From NCBI RefSeq assembly GCF_009914755.1, contig NC_060941.1: 64,000 bases of DNA, one strand, 5' to 3'. The notes below the pieces were generated by a model, which was given only the letters and a program-made list of their open reading frames with translations, was not told where the DNA came from and did not search any database. The stretch is from the human T2T-CHM13v2.0 reference genome, Homo sapiens. Made by a program: the position numbers and the translations under genes. This document shows, piece by piece, positions 13,206 to 29,675 of the stretch; the first letter of the stretch is position 1, and the number at the start of each line of letters is the position of its first letter.

Positions 13206-15314
13206 TCAGGTTAATTAAAGATGGATGTCCATGCTATAAGTATATTTAAAAGGCTTTTGTTGTCTTTTCTCTTCATGGATCTTTTTTTTCTGGAAAAAGG
13301 TTTTTTTCTTCTCAGTCGACTGAATTATTTTTCTTCATTTTTGTCTTGCCACTCTTAATGCACACATGAGAGGCCCCATGAGAACTTCTGACGGCTGGGA
13401 CTCCTTGGGAAAATGGAGGAGGCGCCATGGACCCTGTTTTGGGAAAAACCTATTTTCCTCACAGAACTCCAGGGATTAGAAGCAGATGCATCCCTCTCAA
13501 AATTTGTTTTTGTCTTCCACCTAGGCCTACCTATTAGGGCTTAGAAACTGCACGTTTTCCTAGCCCTGGTTCTTGAAGGACTCCACCCCAAGGCCAGTAA
13601 TCCAACTAGGAGATTGGCAATCCAATTAGGAGATTGGCAAGTGAAAAATTTTACAACTACTGGATCTTCTTCTGTCTGTTTGTGTAGTTATATATGTGTC
13701 AGGTGTGACACATTAAAAAAAAGCTCTAATTGATTGGCTTAAAGAAAAATAAATGCCTAGGTCAAATATTTTGAAAGAAAGATAAAGCTGTAATGCCTTT
13801 TAGTTCACGTGACTTTCATCTTTGAAAAATAAAATATCTTCAACATGTAAACATACGGTCCAAATTATGCAGGTCAGATATTAGGTTTGCTAAATGCTTT
13901 AAAGGTTATAAACTGCTTCTTTCATTTTTGAAAATTGTTTAACTTTCCTGCTTTACAGTTTTGTAGGGCCTAGGGACATAGAGAGTTAACTACATCCATG
14001 CTGGAAAGAGTCAGACCTTGTCTGCACCTAACACATAATTAAAATAACTTACCAGGTTTTACACCAAAATTAAAAATTGCCAAGAGTTACCATTATAACA
14101 TGTAATTTGAGACTACTTAAAAGGAGATTTACATGTAAAATGTGTAAGGAAAGTAAAATGTGTCTTTAGTAAAAGAATATAAGAAGGCACGGAATGTAAA
14201 TTTTTGCCTAGTTCAGAGGGTTAAAGGATTGTTTTAAATTAGATAAGATAAAGCTAAAGGTTTAAACAAGTTATGGGAGGTTTTTAAAGATTAATCTTGA
14301 AAAAGAAATGCTGTGTGTGAACATATCGACTAAATTCACAAGGGCATTATTTGGTTTTTCTGTAAATTGAACATTGGAATAAAAGCACAAGAGTTTCTCA
14401 GAGCACTGACCTCCTCTTTAACAAAGATTTGTAAAGGGTTATAAAAGGATTAGGAGAATCTCAGCTCATGGTCAAACTGCTTAAGATTTTCAGGTAATGT
14501 TAAAGGATGATGAAAGATTTTTGTTTGCCTTGCAAATAAACTACCGAAAGAAAAAGGGAAAAACAAGAGACAGATTGTTTAGAAAGCTAAGTCTTCTCTC
14601 TTAATGTGTAAAGGTTTTTACCTTCTTTTTTTGAGTCATCATTTTGGCTAAATAAGTGACTTATGGTAACCTGGAATTCTATTTCATAATGTCAAGTGTT
14701 TTAAACCTTTAACACATTTGATAGGCTCCCCAAAATCAAATTTCAGCTTCAAAATTGTCTTTTCTGACCCCTGGAGCATTCAAAGCAGAGGTAAACAGGA
14801 TTATCTGACATGTTTAGTCACATGGAATTGTCAAAATAAAGTGGTGTTTGATCTTCTTCAGGTTACATTTTAGTGAATAATGTTAATATGTGTTTCAAAA
14901 TGTATGGGATTTCTAAAATTCTGATGTCTGAGTATGTGTTTTCAATCATAATTAGGGTTATTGTGTTAGGTTATTGTTGACCACAGAGGTGATCAAATTT
15001 CTTTGCCAATCATATTTTTGACTGTGACTACCTTAGGACACTGATATTCACAGGCAATTGCTGTCTTGTTTTAATCCTCTTCAAAAGATGGATTATAGTC
15101 CTCGAGTGCAGGTTTCTGATAACTTCGGAGATTGTGAACAAGAGTTGACTGGGTGGACTGAACTTATGGAAGACTGAAGTAATCTTTTTTGACTTTTTGC
15201 TTGGAACATTGCTGATCCTTTGTTTTGTTTTTCAGAATCAAGGAAGCTTTTCTTTTGAGTTATTTGTCACCTTTGACAATTATGGGGACAACCAGTGATT
15301 TCTGACTGCAGAGA

Positions 15315-15418
15315 GTGGGCAGAATGAGCCCAGTGGGTTTGAGCAAAACTCGGGCAAAAATGGTACCAGCCACAGATGTTTCCGGCCAGAAAAGTGACAT
15401 CCCAAGTATCTCATAACA
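15315..15418 (+). mobile_element. 3' LTR remnant (terminal ~105 bp) of the MER52-type provirus
   Basis: Diverged direct repeat of 10485-10589 (gtgggcagaatgagcccag...agcaaaactc.ggcaaaa...agaaaag...cataaca). Confidence 0.85.
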
Positions 15419-15566
15419 GTAGTGGATTTTGGAAAGAAAAGAGCCAATTACAGGCTGAACACAAAGCAAGATGCTTGCTCTGCAAGAAGTCACAGTGCAA
15501 CGCTCCTGGTCTCCTCCTTCCAGCTATAAGAGATAGCCTTTGTTATTTAAAAATGGGTAAATATAA

Positions 15567-16549
<983 letters not shown>

Positions 16550-17199
16550 GGGTAAATATAAATGAGGCTGCTGGACTGTGTTGTTTCCCTTCTTTGGTCT
16601 CTGCTTAGTTCCATCATATAGATATGATTGGCAGTTTTGAGTCAAATCTCAAAAGAACAAGGAAAAGTAGTCATTAAACAAAATAACAGGGAAAAAAAGT
16701 GGCCCCTGCAGCCACTTCCTCAGGCCAGGAAGGGTGGCCCTTGCCCCCGAGTCCTGAGGATGAGGTGGAATCTGAGTTCTCCACGTGGTAGTGACAAGGG
16801 ACCTTCTCAAATCCAAATATGCTCACACTCTTTTGCCAAAACCGTGAGGCCAGCCACGAGGGAAACCACAGATGGATCTCAGCACCATAAAGAGAGGTGC
16901 CAGACATCATGCATTCAGGGTGGAACCAGGAGGGGGTGCCTGGTGCCAGGTGCTCAGCGCTGTCCATGAAGTTGTCTTGCAAAAGAAGAAAGACAAAGCT
17001 GGGAACCTGGGGCTATGCCTCTGGATCTCCCAGTTTATGGAGAGCGTGTGGGACAAAAGAACACACAAAACACAGGGGACCAAAACCAAATTACCTGGCT
17101 TCTTCCTGGAGGAAAGAACGAAAGGACAAAGAGGGCGGGGAAACTGCAGACCCAAAGAGGCTTCAGGGCCAAGTCCACCAACCCCAAGGCGTGGGCCTG

Positions 17200-17606
17200 T
17201 TTGGGTCCTGAACTGGCCTGAACTGAACAAACCAACCAAGAAACACTCACTTAGGAGGCAATCGTGGAAATGCAAATACTGACTAGATACTTCACAATAT
17301 TAATAAATTACTGGAATTTTTTCAGATGTGGTTATGGTTTTGAGCTTATGTCTGAAAAAGAGCTGTTTCAGAGGTACATGCAGAAAAATTTATAGATGAA
17401 ATTATGTGGTGTCTGGAATTTACTTTAAAAAATTTCAGTTTTTTGTGGGGGGAGGGGAAGTGGAATAAATGAAGTAATATTGACCATTTGCAGATAATTG
17501 TTGAAGTTCGATGATGGGCATGTGGAGATTCATTATCGTATTATTTTTACTTCTGTGCATGTTTGCAATTTTCCTCAATAAGAAGTAAAACAAATAAATA
17601 AATAAA
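17200..17606 (+). mobile_element. L1ME 3' end
   Basis: gatgaaattatg..tgtctggaatttactttaaaa...ataattgttgaag..gatgggcat..gagattcattat. Confidence 0.7.
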
Positions 17607-18129
17607 AGAGCATCCTGGTTCCCCAGCACTCTCTGTATAAAGGCCACGCTTGTAATGTGGGTGCGCCACTTTCTCCCTGCAGCTGTGCCAGCTCCCTCCA
17701 TGCACCCCCGCTTCCTACTCTCCAGGTTTGATGAGAGCTTCTGGGCAGCTCCCTTCACTGCCTTGTGCTTTCTCCCTTTAACCTTTATTTATTATCTTTC
17801 CAAAAGGCAAGCATTCATATGGTTCAGAACGCAGCACTGCACAGTAACTACTCTCCCTTCCTCCTCGTCCCCAACACGTAGTGTCTTAGTTTCTTGTTTC
17901 TCCTTCTAGAGATTTAATGCATATGCGGGCGAACAGAAATAGACCCTCATTCTCTGTCTCCCCCTCCCTTTTTACACAAAAAGTAGCCTGATGACACCCT
18001 ACTCTGCGCCTCACTTTCTCACTATATTCTGGAAAGCTTTCCGGATTTGTCCACTGTGAGCATCTTCTTATGCAGAGAAGATGAAACCTCTTATGTAGAG
18101 ATCTCCTAAGAGAGGTCTCTGTGAGACCT

Positions 18130-18484
18130 TGATATGGTTTGGCTGTGTCCCCACCCAAAATCTCATCTTGAATTGTAATCCCCACGTGTCAAGCGTGGGA
18201 CCAGGTGGAGGTAATCAGATCATGGGTGCAGTCTTCCCCATGCTGTTCTTGTGACAGTGAGTGAGTCTCACGAGGTCTGATGGTTTTTATAAGCATCTGG
18301 CATTTCCCCTACTGGCACTCATTCTCTCACCTACTGCCCTGTGAAGAGGTGCCTTCTGCCATTATTGTAAGTTTCCTGAGGCCTCCCCAGCCATGTGGAA
18401 CTGTGAGTCAATTAAACCTCCTTTCTTTGTAAATTACCCAGTCTCGGGTATTTCTTCAGAGCAGTGTGAGAACAGACTGATACA
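18130..18484 (+). mobile_element. THE1 (C/D-like) solo LTR
   Basis: TGATATGGTTTGGCTGTGTCCCCACCC...GACTGATACA; 5-bp TSD GACCT on both sides. Confidence 0.93.
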
Positions 18485-18794
18485 GACCTCTTATGCAGTT
18501 GCACAACATTCCGTTGCGTGGCTGCACTGCATTGCATTTACCCCCTCTCCTGTTGATGGGCAGTTAGGTCATGGCCAGTCTTTCCTCTTTCCAACAGTGC
18601 TGTAAGGAACAACCACATGCTCACATCGTTTCTGGTGCTTTCTCTTTAACTTCCCCCACCTGCTGCCCCTCCCCCACCAGCTTTTGCCCCTCCAATTCCT
18701 GTTTACCCTTCAGCTCTTGAATTAGGTATCACTTTATCTGGGACACATTCTCAGATTGGAGACAGAGAGGTGGATGTTAAGAACAAAGGCTCTA

Positions 18795-19108
18795 GGCTGG
18801 GCGCAGTGGCTCACACCTATAATTTCAGCACTTTGGGAGGCCAAGGTGGGCAGATTGCTTGAGCCCAGGAGTTTGAGACCAACCTGGGCAACACAGTAGA
18901 CCCTGGTCTCTACAAAAAATACAAAAATTAGCAGAGCATGGTACAAAAATTAGCTGGGCATGGTGGCACATGCCTGTAGTCCCAGCTAGTCGGAAGGCTG
19001 AGGTGGGAAGATCACCTGAGCCCAGGAGATCCAGGCTGAGCCATGATTGCACCCTTGCACTCCAGGCTGGGTGACAAGCAAGACTCTGTCTCAAAATAAA
19101 TAAATAAA
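18795..19108 (+). mobile_element. AluJ with a short internal duplication at the linker
   Basis: tacaaaaattagc...catgg repeated twice near 18920-18963. Confidence 0.88.
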
Positions 19109-19109
19109 G

Positions 19110-19310
19110 ACTACAGAGTCAGGGTGGAGCTTGACTCTTGCCTCTTCAACTTAAGAGGAAAGTTACTTCACTCTTCTGAAGCTATTTTCTCTCTGCAAAA
19201 TGCACATGATAACATCTCTCCTGATGGGTTGCTTTGAGGATTATATGAGATACTATATGTGTAGAGTCTTAGAACACCACTGGGACCATAGTAGATGCCA
19301 AATAAATGAT
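19110..19310 (+). mobile_element. MIR, followed by an (ATC)n microsatellite at 19313-19346
   Basis: aagttacttcactcttctga...tctgcaaaatg...gggttgctttgaggatta core. Confidence 0.65.
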
Positions 19311-19494
19311 GCTATCATCATCATCATCATCATCATCTTCATCATCGTATTGATGAACTTTTCCTTTAGAATGCCTTCTCCAGCCTTCAAAATACAAGTC
19401 ATTGTTAAGGCCTAAGTTACATGCTTCTCAACCCATTTCTCCCTAATCCATTCAACTGAAAATTAATTTCTCTTTTTTTCCATACCCCTGCAGT

Positions 19495-19993
19495 ATCCAA
19501 ATGGAACAGCCAGGAATTTTTTGGCTGCAAGTGACAGAAAACCTGCCCAACAGTGGCTTCATAATATCTGGAGTTATTTCCCTCATATATTAAGAAGTTG
19601 GGAAATGGGCAGCTACAGGCATTGATTCAACTACCCGTGGAATCATTAAAGACCAGGCAAATCTTTTCTTCCTTCTCCTCCATTGTCCTCATAGTGTTGC
19701 TTATTGGTCTTTAAGAGTATTGCCTTTTAATTACAATGTGGCTGCTGTGCCTCCAGCCATTATTGTGCAACTTTCAAAGCCAGGAAGCAGGGAAGGCTGC
19801 AGTAATGCCTTTCCCAAAAGCCCTGTCAGACATTTCCAGCATCCAGAACTGGATCTAAAGCCCACCCCAAGACTGGGACTTCCTTCTCTGAAATCTAGAG
19901 ATATCAACTTCCTCCCTGAGTAGGATCAGGATTCTGAGTTCTGTCAATAGGAAGAGAAGAATGCCTGGGAAGGTCACTGTGGTGTCTGCCACA
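19495..19993 (-). mobile_element. MaLR LTR (MLT1K/J-like)
   Basis: ttggctgcaagtgacagaaaacc..cagtggctt...tggctgctgtgcctccagccat...gtctgccaca. Confidence 0.6.
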
Positions 19994-21083
19994 TTCAGAC
20001 ACTCAAACTCAGGCTCCTGTACCTCTCTTTTGACAATGATAGCTTTCTACCTTTTATTATAGTTTTATCTCCTTTACTAAACTGTGGGCTTGGATCCATT
20101 TCCAAGTACGTCCATATGCCCCCAAGTGCCAAGCACAGCTTCTGTAGACAGTAAGAGCTCAGCCAGCATTTGTGGCTCTAGGGATGAATGGACAATCTCA
20201 AAGACACCATCTGATTCTAGCAGACAAGGATTCTGATTCAAGAAGCTGCCTGGGAAATCTGAGTTCTGTGTGTGCCAGTGACACGGCCCTAAGATGCCCA
20301 CCTTATGCTACCACCCCCAGGGGCTTTGAGTGTCTTCTTGTGGCTGTGACAGTGAAAACCAAACCCCTCCCTCACTCTCTCTCCCATTCCTCTTTCTTGT
20401 ACTTATCTCCTATACCCTCCTAGGGAACCCTAGGATTTTATCTCCATGCTTGTGTGTGTTTAGGTTAACTGGATCATGGAGGATGAGTCACCTGTCAGAA
20501 ATACGTGGAGAAAAGGAAATTTTGCCTGCAAAGCTCTGATTGTATCATGAGCACACTGTCTGAAGATGAGAGAGACCAGGCTGTTTATTGCTTTTGGGAG
20601 GCATCAGAGTCCAATCGGCATGTGAGTCACTTTTCAGAGGCTGGATCAACGGGCAGCCCCCTGGCTGCAGGAGCTGAGCCTGCCTCACCTCCCAAGAGTG
20701 CTGTTGGGCTGTGAGCTGGCGGTTAAGTTACTGCCTTGACCTCCAAAGTCCCAGCTGCTTAAGAAGCCTTCATCACATCAAATAGTGCTGCATCCCCTCA
20801 AGGTGGTAAATGAGGTGGCTGGTGGGGTGGCCAGGCTCAGCATTTGTGTCGCAGCTGCAAATGACGCTGGCCAGGGGACAATGAATGAGGTGACGATACA
20901 GATGGAGGGATGAAGGGGTCCATCTGGCTGTGGTCCCCCTCCTACCCCCACTCCCCTTCATTCTTAAGAATCAGGAAGTGGGCAACAGTGGGTGATTCAT
21001 TTTGGTGAGTGGAGTATCAGCTGGTGGCCACATTATAGTTGGCTAAAATTCAGGATATTAAAACAATAAAATACAATAAACAC

Positions 21084-21381
21084 GCCGGTGCGGTGGCTCA
21101 TGCCTGTAATCCCAGCACTTTGGGAGGCCAAGGAGGGTGGATCACTTGGTCAGGAGGTCCAGACCAGCCTGGCCAACGTGGTGAAACCATGTCTCAACTA
21201 AAAATAAAAAAATTAGCTGGGCACGGTAGCAGCCACCTGTAATCCCAGCTACTCGGGAGGCTGAGGCAGGAGAATCACTTGAACCCGGAGGGGGTGGAGG
21301 TTGCAGTGAGCTGAGATCGTGCCATTGTACTCCAGCCTGGGCAACAGAGTGAGACTCGGCCTCAGAAACAAAAATAAAAAA
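21084..21381 (+). mobile_element. AluS
   Basis: TSD ACAATAAACAC. Confidence 0.92.
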
Positions 21382-21394
21382 CAATAAACACTAA

Positions 21395-21739
<345 letters not shown>

Positions 21740-22422
21740 CAGTTACTGGAGTTTTGATGGCTGGAGTCTGGGAGAGTGGGAGTGAGCAGGGAGAGTGGTC
21801 TTCTTTCCTTCAGCATCACTGGACAGCTGGTGTGACTGTGTCTCACTTGAGTCCCAGAACAGTGAGCACTGGAGTCCTGGTTTCTGTCTGGCTCATTTTA
21901 CGAACTGCTTTGTGTATGGGCCCATTTCACCCTCTGCCCTTGGCTAAGTCCAGCAAAACACTTTACCTGGCTGTAGAGGACCCCACTTTAGGACAGCTCA
22001 GCCACTCTCCTTCAGTGCCGACCCTTCCCTCTGTGGCCCAGTGATACCCGCCTGCCACACAGGTAAGCTAAGAGTGGTTTCTATAGACCTGACAGGACTG
22101 GGGCTTGTCAATGGAGCACTGTAGCCCAGGGTCATTCAGGGCTGCCTGCGACCCTGCCCACGGAGAAAGTTCTGGTACCATTAGGCAAGCAGCAGTGTCC
22201 TCTTGGGGCTTGGCATAAGTTCCCTCAAGGGTCTCTCTCAGGCCCCCAATTTTATCGCCCATCACTTCTCTCTGCCCTCTCACTGGGCTGGCATAGTCAG
22301 GTGGTCTGGGGAGGGTGGTCTCACTTAGGAATCGCCCTCTCCTCCCCCTAAAAGGCCAAGAGGCAATCAACTTGAGGCCCAGAGGGAAGGAAGCCCAGGC
22401 CAGTGGGAAAGAAAGGAACTCC

Positions 22423-22680
22423 TTTTTTTTTTTGGAAACAGAGTTTCACTTTTGTTGCCCAGGTCGGAGTGCAGTGGTGCAATCTCAGCTCACTAAAGCC
22501 TCCGTCTCCCAGGTTTAAGTGATTCTCCTGCCTCAATCTGGCTAAGTTTTTTCTATTTAGTAGAGATGGGGTTTCACCATGAAGATCAGGCTGCTCGTGA
22601 ACTCCTGACCTCAGGTGATCCACCCACCTTGGCCTCCTAAAAAATGCTGGGATTACAGGCATGAGCCACCACGCCCGGCC
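22423..22680 (-). mobile_element. AluS with internal deletion
   Basis: TSD GAACTCCTT. Confidence 0.88.
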
Positions 22681-22945
22681 AAGAACTCCTTGTTGAGTCG
22701 CTTCTGATGTCTGGGCTCCATCCTTGTGGGAGACTCCCAGCTAAGCCCAGGGCTTATAGGGCCCTGCTGTTTTGTTCCAGCTGCAGATGGCAGCAGGGCT
22801 AGCTTTCTCGTGCCTTTAGAGTCCCACACATCTAGGGTTTGTCTGTCTATATTGTGGACTCCGTGGGGGCTCCGGGTCTCATCAGGCAACATGGCCGACG
22901 TGCAATACATATGTGTTGAATTGACATTAAATTCAGCCAGGTATA

Positions 22946-23340
22946 ATGCCCAGAAAGACAAATACTGCATGTTCTCACTCCTATGTGGGGGCTCAGAAGG
23001 TGGATCTCACAGAGGAAGTGAATGGAGTGCCGGCTACCAGAGGCTGGGAAGGGCAGGAGGGAGAGGGGATGGAGAGGTTGGTTCATGGGTACAAGCATAC
23101 AGTTAGATAGGAATAAGCTCTAGTGTTTGACAGCACAGTAGGTGACTATAGTTATCAATAATGCATTGTATATTTCACAATACCTAGAACAGAAGATTTG
23201 GAATGTCCTCAACACAAAGGAATGATATGTGTTTGAGGTGATGGAAATCCTAATTACCCTGACATGATCATTACACATTGTACGCATGTATCAAAATATC
23301 ACGTGGACCCCATAATATGATTATGTATCAATCAAAATTG
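22946..23340 (+). mobile_element. L1MA 3' end
   Basis: cagaaagacaaatactgcatgttctcactc...gaggtgatggaaatcctaattaccctga; flanking direct repeat AGCCAGGTATA. Confidence 0.85.
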
Positions 23341-23343
23341 TTA

Positions 23344-25065
<1,722 letters not shown>

Positions 25066-26109
25066 GCATATATTATTTTTAATTAATTTTAGCCTGGTAA
25101 TCTCTCAGTGTCACCTTGTTTTGGTGCTGCTCTATGTAGATTGTTCAACATAGTACAAACACGACTGGAAAAGATCAATCTTGCTGACATTTACTCGGGC
25201 TTAAGATATGGCTCAAGGGCCTTGCTCTTTTGGTCTTGTGCAAACCGCCCACAGTCCACCTGCTGGCTGGATGCCCTCATTGCAGGCAAAGCACCAGGAT
25301 TTCTTATAATACCACCCATAGACCCAAGTAGGATCCTGGTGGCCTCGTGGTAAGCTGTGACAGGAATGCACAAGGATCTCCCGGCTTGTTGGCTGGCATC
25401 GCTGGCCCAGTGATGTGAGGTGAAGGGATTCTTTGCTCTGACTCAGCTCAATCCCCCTGTACAAAGGGACTAGGTGGGCTTGCTGTGCTTTTGGAAGGAC
25501 CAGAAAAATCTGCTTCCTTCACTCACTGGGAGCCATGTATTCTCTTTGACTTTTGTTTGCAGGAGCAAAACAAACAGATGCTTGGGGAAAACCAACCAAA
25601 AAGGGGGGAAGGGGAGGCTGGTGCTGGCTGGCAACCTTGACTCAGCGCTCGGCAGGAGGTCCATTCGGAACAGAAACCCTCACCCTGCACTTTCCTCACC
25701 CAGCCCTGAAATCACAAACAACCCCTTGGCCAGGGTCCTAATGAGCCTCTGACAAACACAGCCCGCCCTCCTGACACAGAAAAGACAATTAGACATGCAC
25801 AAGTGGCCTGTGAAATGCCAGGCTGGGCACTTGAGCTCTCCATGAATGGCACCCCCTGTACCCTGGGCCTTCTCGGAAAAACATTGCTTGGGCTCCTTAC
25901 GGGTGGTAATGGCTAATAATGCAGAGAGAACACCGTGTTTTGGTTTCAGGCCTTTGGCCAGGGCGGTGAGAGAGGGGTGTGTGTGTGTGTGTTTAGTGAT
26001 GGTAGTGGGGTGATATTTATTTTCATTTCTCCATCATAAAGGAATTGAAGTCCTATAGCATGTCAGCAATGTCAATGTTTCAGGGTGAAATAAACAAGTA
26101 AAAGGTGTT

Positions 26110-26300
26110 AGCGTTCAGATGAGCTCTAGCAGCCTGTGACGTTAGGAAAATCGCCAACTCCTGGGGCCTCAGTCTTCTCATCTGTAAAATGAGGATAATA
26201 ATAGAAACCACCTTCCACTCATGGTGATTGAGTGAGCCATCGCAGGTAAAGCACTCAGCCCCAGGCCTGGAACATAGGACTCATTGAACATTGGCTATTA
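26110..26300 (+). mobile_element. MIR
   Basis: cctcagtcttctcatctgtaaaatgaggataata core. Confidence 0.75.
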
Positions 26301-26691
26301 ACTTAAAAGCAAGCGTTATGCGTTTTAGTCTATTTAAGGAGCCACTTTTGAATATCTGCTTGTGAACTCCTATATGAAGTTGGCTGTGAAAACACAGAAA
26401 ACACAGTCTTTATGCTCACAGAGTTTGAGGACAACCAGGGTGACAAGAAAACCATCCGGGCAGGGCCAGCTCAATGCTGGCGCGTTGGCACCAACCAGGA
26501 GACAGCTGTGGCTTGCTTTAGGTCTGTTTGTTTCTTCTAATTTGTGTTATCTTTTTTCCTTTGGTGGTGGAGGAAGGGCGGTTTCTGTAGGCCGCAGACA
26601 GCAGGGTATGGATCATTGGTCTGGTCAGGCTTTAATCAAGTGAAAATCTGCTCTTCATTTGTTTGTTACTGCTACAAAGCACATGATTTTC

Positions 26692-28487
26692 TTTTTTTTT
26701 TTTTTTTTTTTTCCACATCTGTTTTTTTTGTTTTTGTTTTTGTTTTTTTTTAATTTATTTATTTTTTATTGATAATTCTTGGGTGTTTCTCACAGAGGGG
26801 GATTTGGCAGGGTCATAGGACAATAGTGGAGGGAAGGTCAGCAGATAAACAAGTGAACAAAGGTCTCTGGTTTTCCTAGGCAGAGGACCCTGCGGCCTTC
26901 CGCAGTGTTTGTGTCCCTGGGTACTTGAGATTAGGGAGTGGTGATGACTCTTAACGAGCATGCTGCCTTCAAGCATCTGTTTAACAAAGCACATCTTGCA
27001 CCGCCCTTAATCCATTTAACCCTGAGTGGACACAGCACATGTTTCAGAGAGCACAGGGTTGGGGGTAAGGTCACAGATCAACAGGATCCCAAGGCAGAAG
27101 TTTTCTTAGTACAGAACAAAATGAAAAGTCTCCCATGTCTACTTCTTTCTACACAGACACGGCAACCATCCGATTTCTCAATCTTTTCCCCACCTTTCCC
27201 GCCTTTCTATTCCACAAAGCCGCCATTGTCATCCTGGCCCGTTCTCAATGAGCTGTTGGGCACACCTCCCAGACGGGGTGGTGGCCGGGCAGAGGGGCTC
27301 CTCACTTCCCAGTAGGGGCGGCCGGGCAGAGGCGCCCCTCACCTCCCGGACGGGGCGGCTGGCCGGGCGGGGGGCTGACCCCCCCACCTCCCTCCCGGAC
27401 GGGGCGGCTGGCCGGGCGGGGGGCTGACCCCCCCACCTCCCTCCCGGACGGGGCGGCTGGCCGGGCGGGGGGCTGACACCCCCACCTCCCTCCCGGACGG
27501 GGCGGCTGGCCGGGCAGAGGGGCTCCTCACTTCCCAGTAGGGGCGGCCAGGCAGAGGCGCCCCTCACCTCCCAGACGGGGCGGCTGGCCGGGCGGGAGGC
27601 TGACGCCCCGACCTCCCTCCCAGACGGGGCGGCTGGCCTGGCGGGGGGCTGAACCCACCTCCCTCCCTGACGGGGCGGCTGGCCGGGCGGGGGGCTGACC
27701 CCCCCACCTCCCTCCCGGACGGGGCGGCTGGCCGGGCGGGGGGCTGACCCCCCCACCTCCCTCCCGGACGGGGCGGCTGGCCGGGCGGGGGGCTGACCCC
27801 CCCCACCTCCCTCCCGGACCGGGCGGCTGGCCGGGCGGGGGGCTGCCCCCCCCCACCTCCCTCCCGGACGGGGCGGCTGGCCGGGCGGGGGGCTGACCCC
27901 CCCACCTCCCTCCCGGACGGGGCGGCTGGCCGGGCAGAGGGGCTCCTCACTTCCCAGTAGGGGCGGCCAGGCAGAGGCACCCCTCACCTCCCGGACGGGG
28001 CGGCTGGCCGGGCGGGAGGCTGACGCCCCGACCTCCCTCCCGGACGGGGCGGCTGGCCTGGCGGGGGGCTGAACCCCCCACCTCCCTCCCGGACGGGGCG
28101 GCTGGCCGGGTGGGGGGCTGACCCCCCCACCTCCCTCCCGGACGGGGCCGCTGGCCGGGCGGGGGGCTGACCCCCCTCACCTCCCTCCCGGACGGGGCGG
28201 CTGGCCGGGCGGGGGGCTGACCCCCCCCACCTCCCTCCCGGACGGGGCGGCTGGCCGGGTGGGGGGCTGACCCCCCCCACCTCCCTCCCGGACGGGGCCG
28301 CTGGCCGGGCAGAGGGGCTCCTCACTTCCCAGTAGGGGTGGCCAGGCAGAGGCGCCCCTCACCTCCCGGACGGGGCGGCTGGCCGGGCTGGAGGCTGACG
28401 CCCCGACCTCCCTCCCGGACGGGCCGGCTGGCCTGGCGGGGGGCTGACCCCCCCACCTCCCTCCCTGACGGGGCGGCTGGCGGGGCG
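26692..28487 (-). mobile_element. SVA retrotransposon, 5'-truncated inside the VNTR (SINE-R ~26761-27260, VNTR ~27260-28487), SVA_F-like
   Basis: GC-rich ~37-50-bp VNTR units, SINE-R sequence, polyA; perfect 17-bp TSD CAAAGCACATGATTTTC at 26675-26691 and 28488-28504; end motif AAGAATTATCAATAAA resembles the young human subfamilies. Confidence 0.96.
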
Positions 28488-29163
28488 CAAAGCACATGAT
28501 TTTCAAGGGATAAGTTGTTAGGATGTTTTTAATTGTGATGATGAAATTCCAGCTCAAGTTAACTTAAGCAAAAGTAAACAAGCAAAATTCCAAAAAGGGA
28601 GTTTACTTTCTTACATAATTTCAGAGAACAAAGATGGGTGTCTTGCTAGCTTCAGTCATAGCTGGACCCAGGTGCTCAAATCTCTCTCTTTCTCTCTCTT
28701 CTTTCTTCATTGTCTGATAGCTTCAGGCATACACAGTAAACCCTCAGCTCATGATTTCAGAGTAAGAGAGAGCCTCCTCTTGGACCAACAACTCTAGACT
28801 GGGAAATGGGGCACCACAGTTGGCCAGACATGGGTTGCATTCCCCCAAAGCCAGGGGATAGGTTGACCAGCAGCTTCACAGGACCCACATGGGGCAGATG
28901 GGATGCAAGGCTGACAAACTATCAGTGAGACTCTGTGGATAGAAAGCATGAGTAGGCGCCAAACATTTCACGTAAGCAGCGAATATGCAGGCTTCCTCTT
29001 TGCATCTCACCCAACTATGCTTAAAATGGCTTGTCTGGCACACTTTGAGGGGTCAGCCTACTTCCTTGCATTCAAAAGGTGAAGAGTTTCTAACTCTTTG
29101 TTCTTGAATCAAACCAAGTGACTGAAGACTAAGTGTTCCAGATGGGCCAACCACGCAGCAGCA

Positions 29164-29675
29164 TGGTGGCAGCTCTGAGATGCTGCCCAGTGAGCCCCAG
29201 TAGTCACATCCTGGAGAGTCCCCTCTTCACTGAATAGGACCCATCTGGCAACCAGTAGGACTGCAGAAATGATGTCCAAGGCTAGGCCATAAAAGACATG
29301 GTTCCTGCCTTGCTCTCCTTGAATCACTTCCTCGGGAGCAGCCAACTGCCATGTTGTAAGGACACTTAAGCAGCTCTGTAGAGGAGTCCATGTGGTGGGA
29401 AACTGAGGCCTCCCACCAACAGCCAGCACCAACCTGCCAGGCATGTGGGTGCACCACCTCAGAGGTAAATCCTCCAGCCCCAGTTCAGCCTCTAATGACA
29501 CAACCCCAGCTGATACCCTGACTGCAACCCCATGAAATCCCTGAGCCAGAACCACCCAGCTAAGCCACTCCTGAATTCCTGACCCACAGAAACTATGAAA
29601 TAATAAATGTTCATTGTTGTTTCAAGCCACTAAGTTTTGGGGTCATTTGTTACACAGCAGTAGAAATCTGATACA
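29164..29675 (+). mobile_element. MLT1F-like MaLR LTR
   Basis: aactgaggcctcc..cagccagcaccaac...ccctgagccagaaccacccagctaagccactcc...gttacacagcagtag..ctgataca. Confidence 0.82.

Noticed and set aside
13601-13640. 20-bp tandem duplication TCCAA(C/T)TAGGAGATTGGCAA
   Set aside because: Ordinary slippage duplication inside the ERV internal region.
27229-28557. Long Pro/Gly/Arg-rich ORFs
   Set aside because: They are translations of the SVA VNTR.
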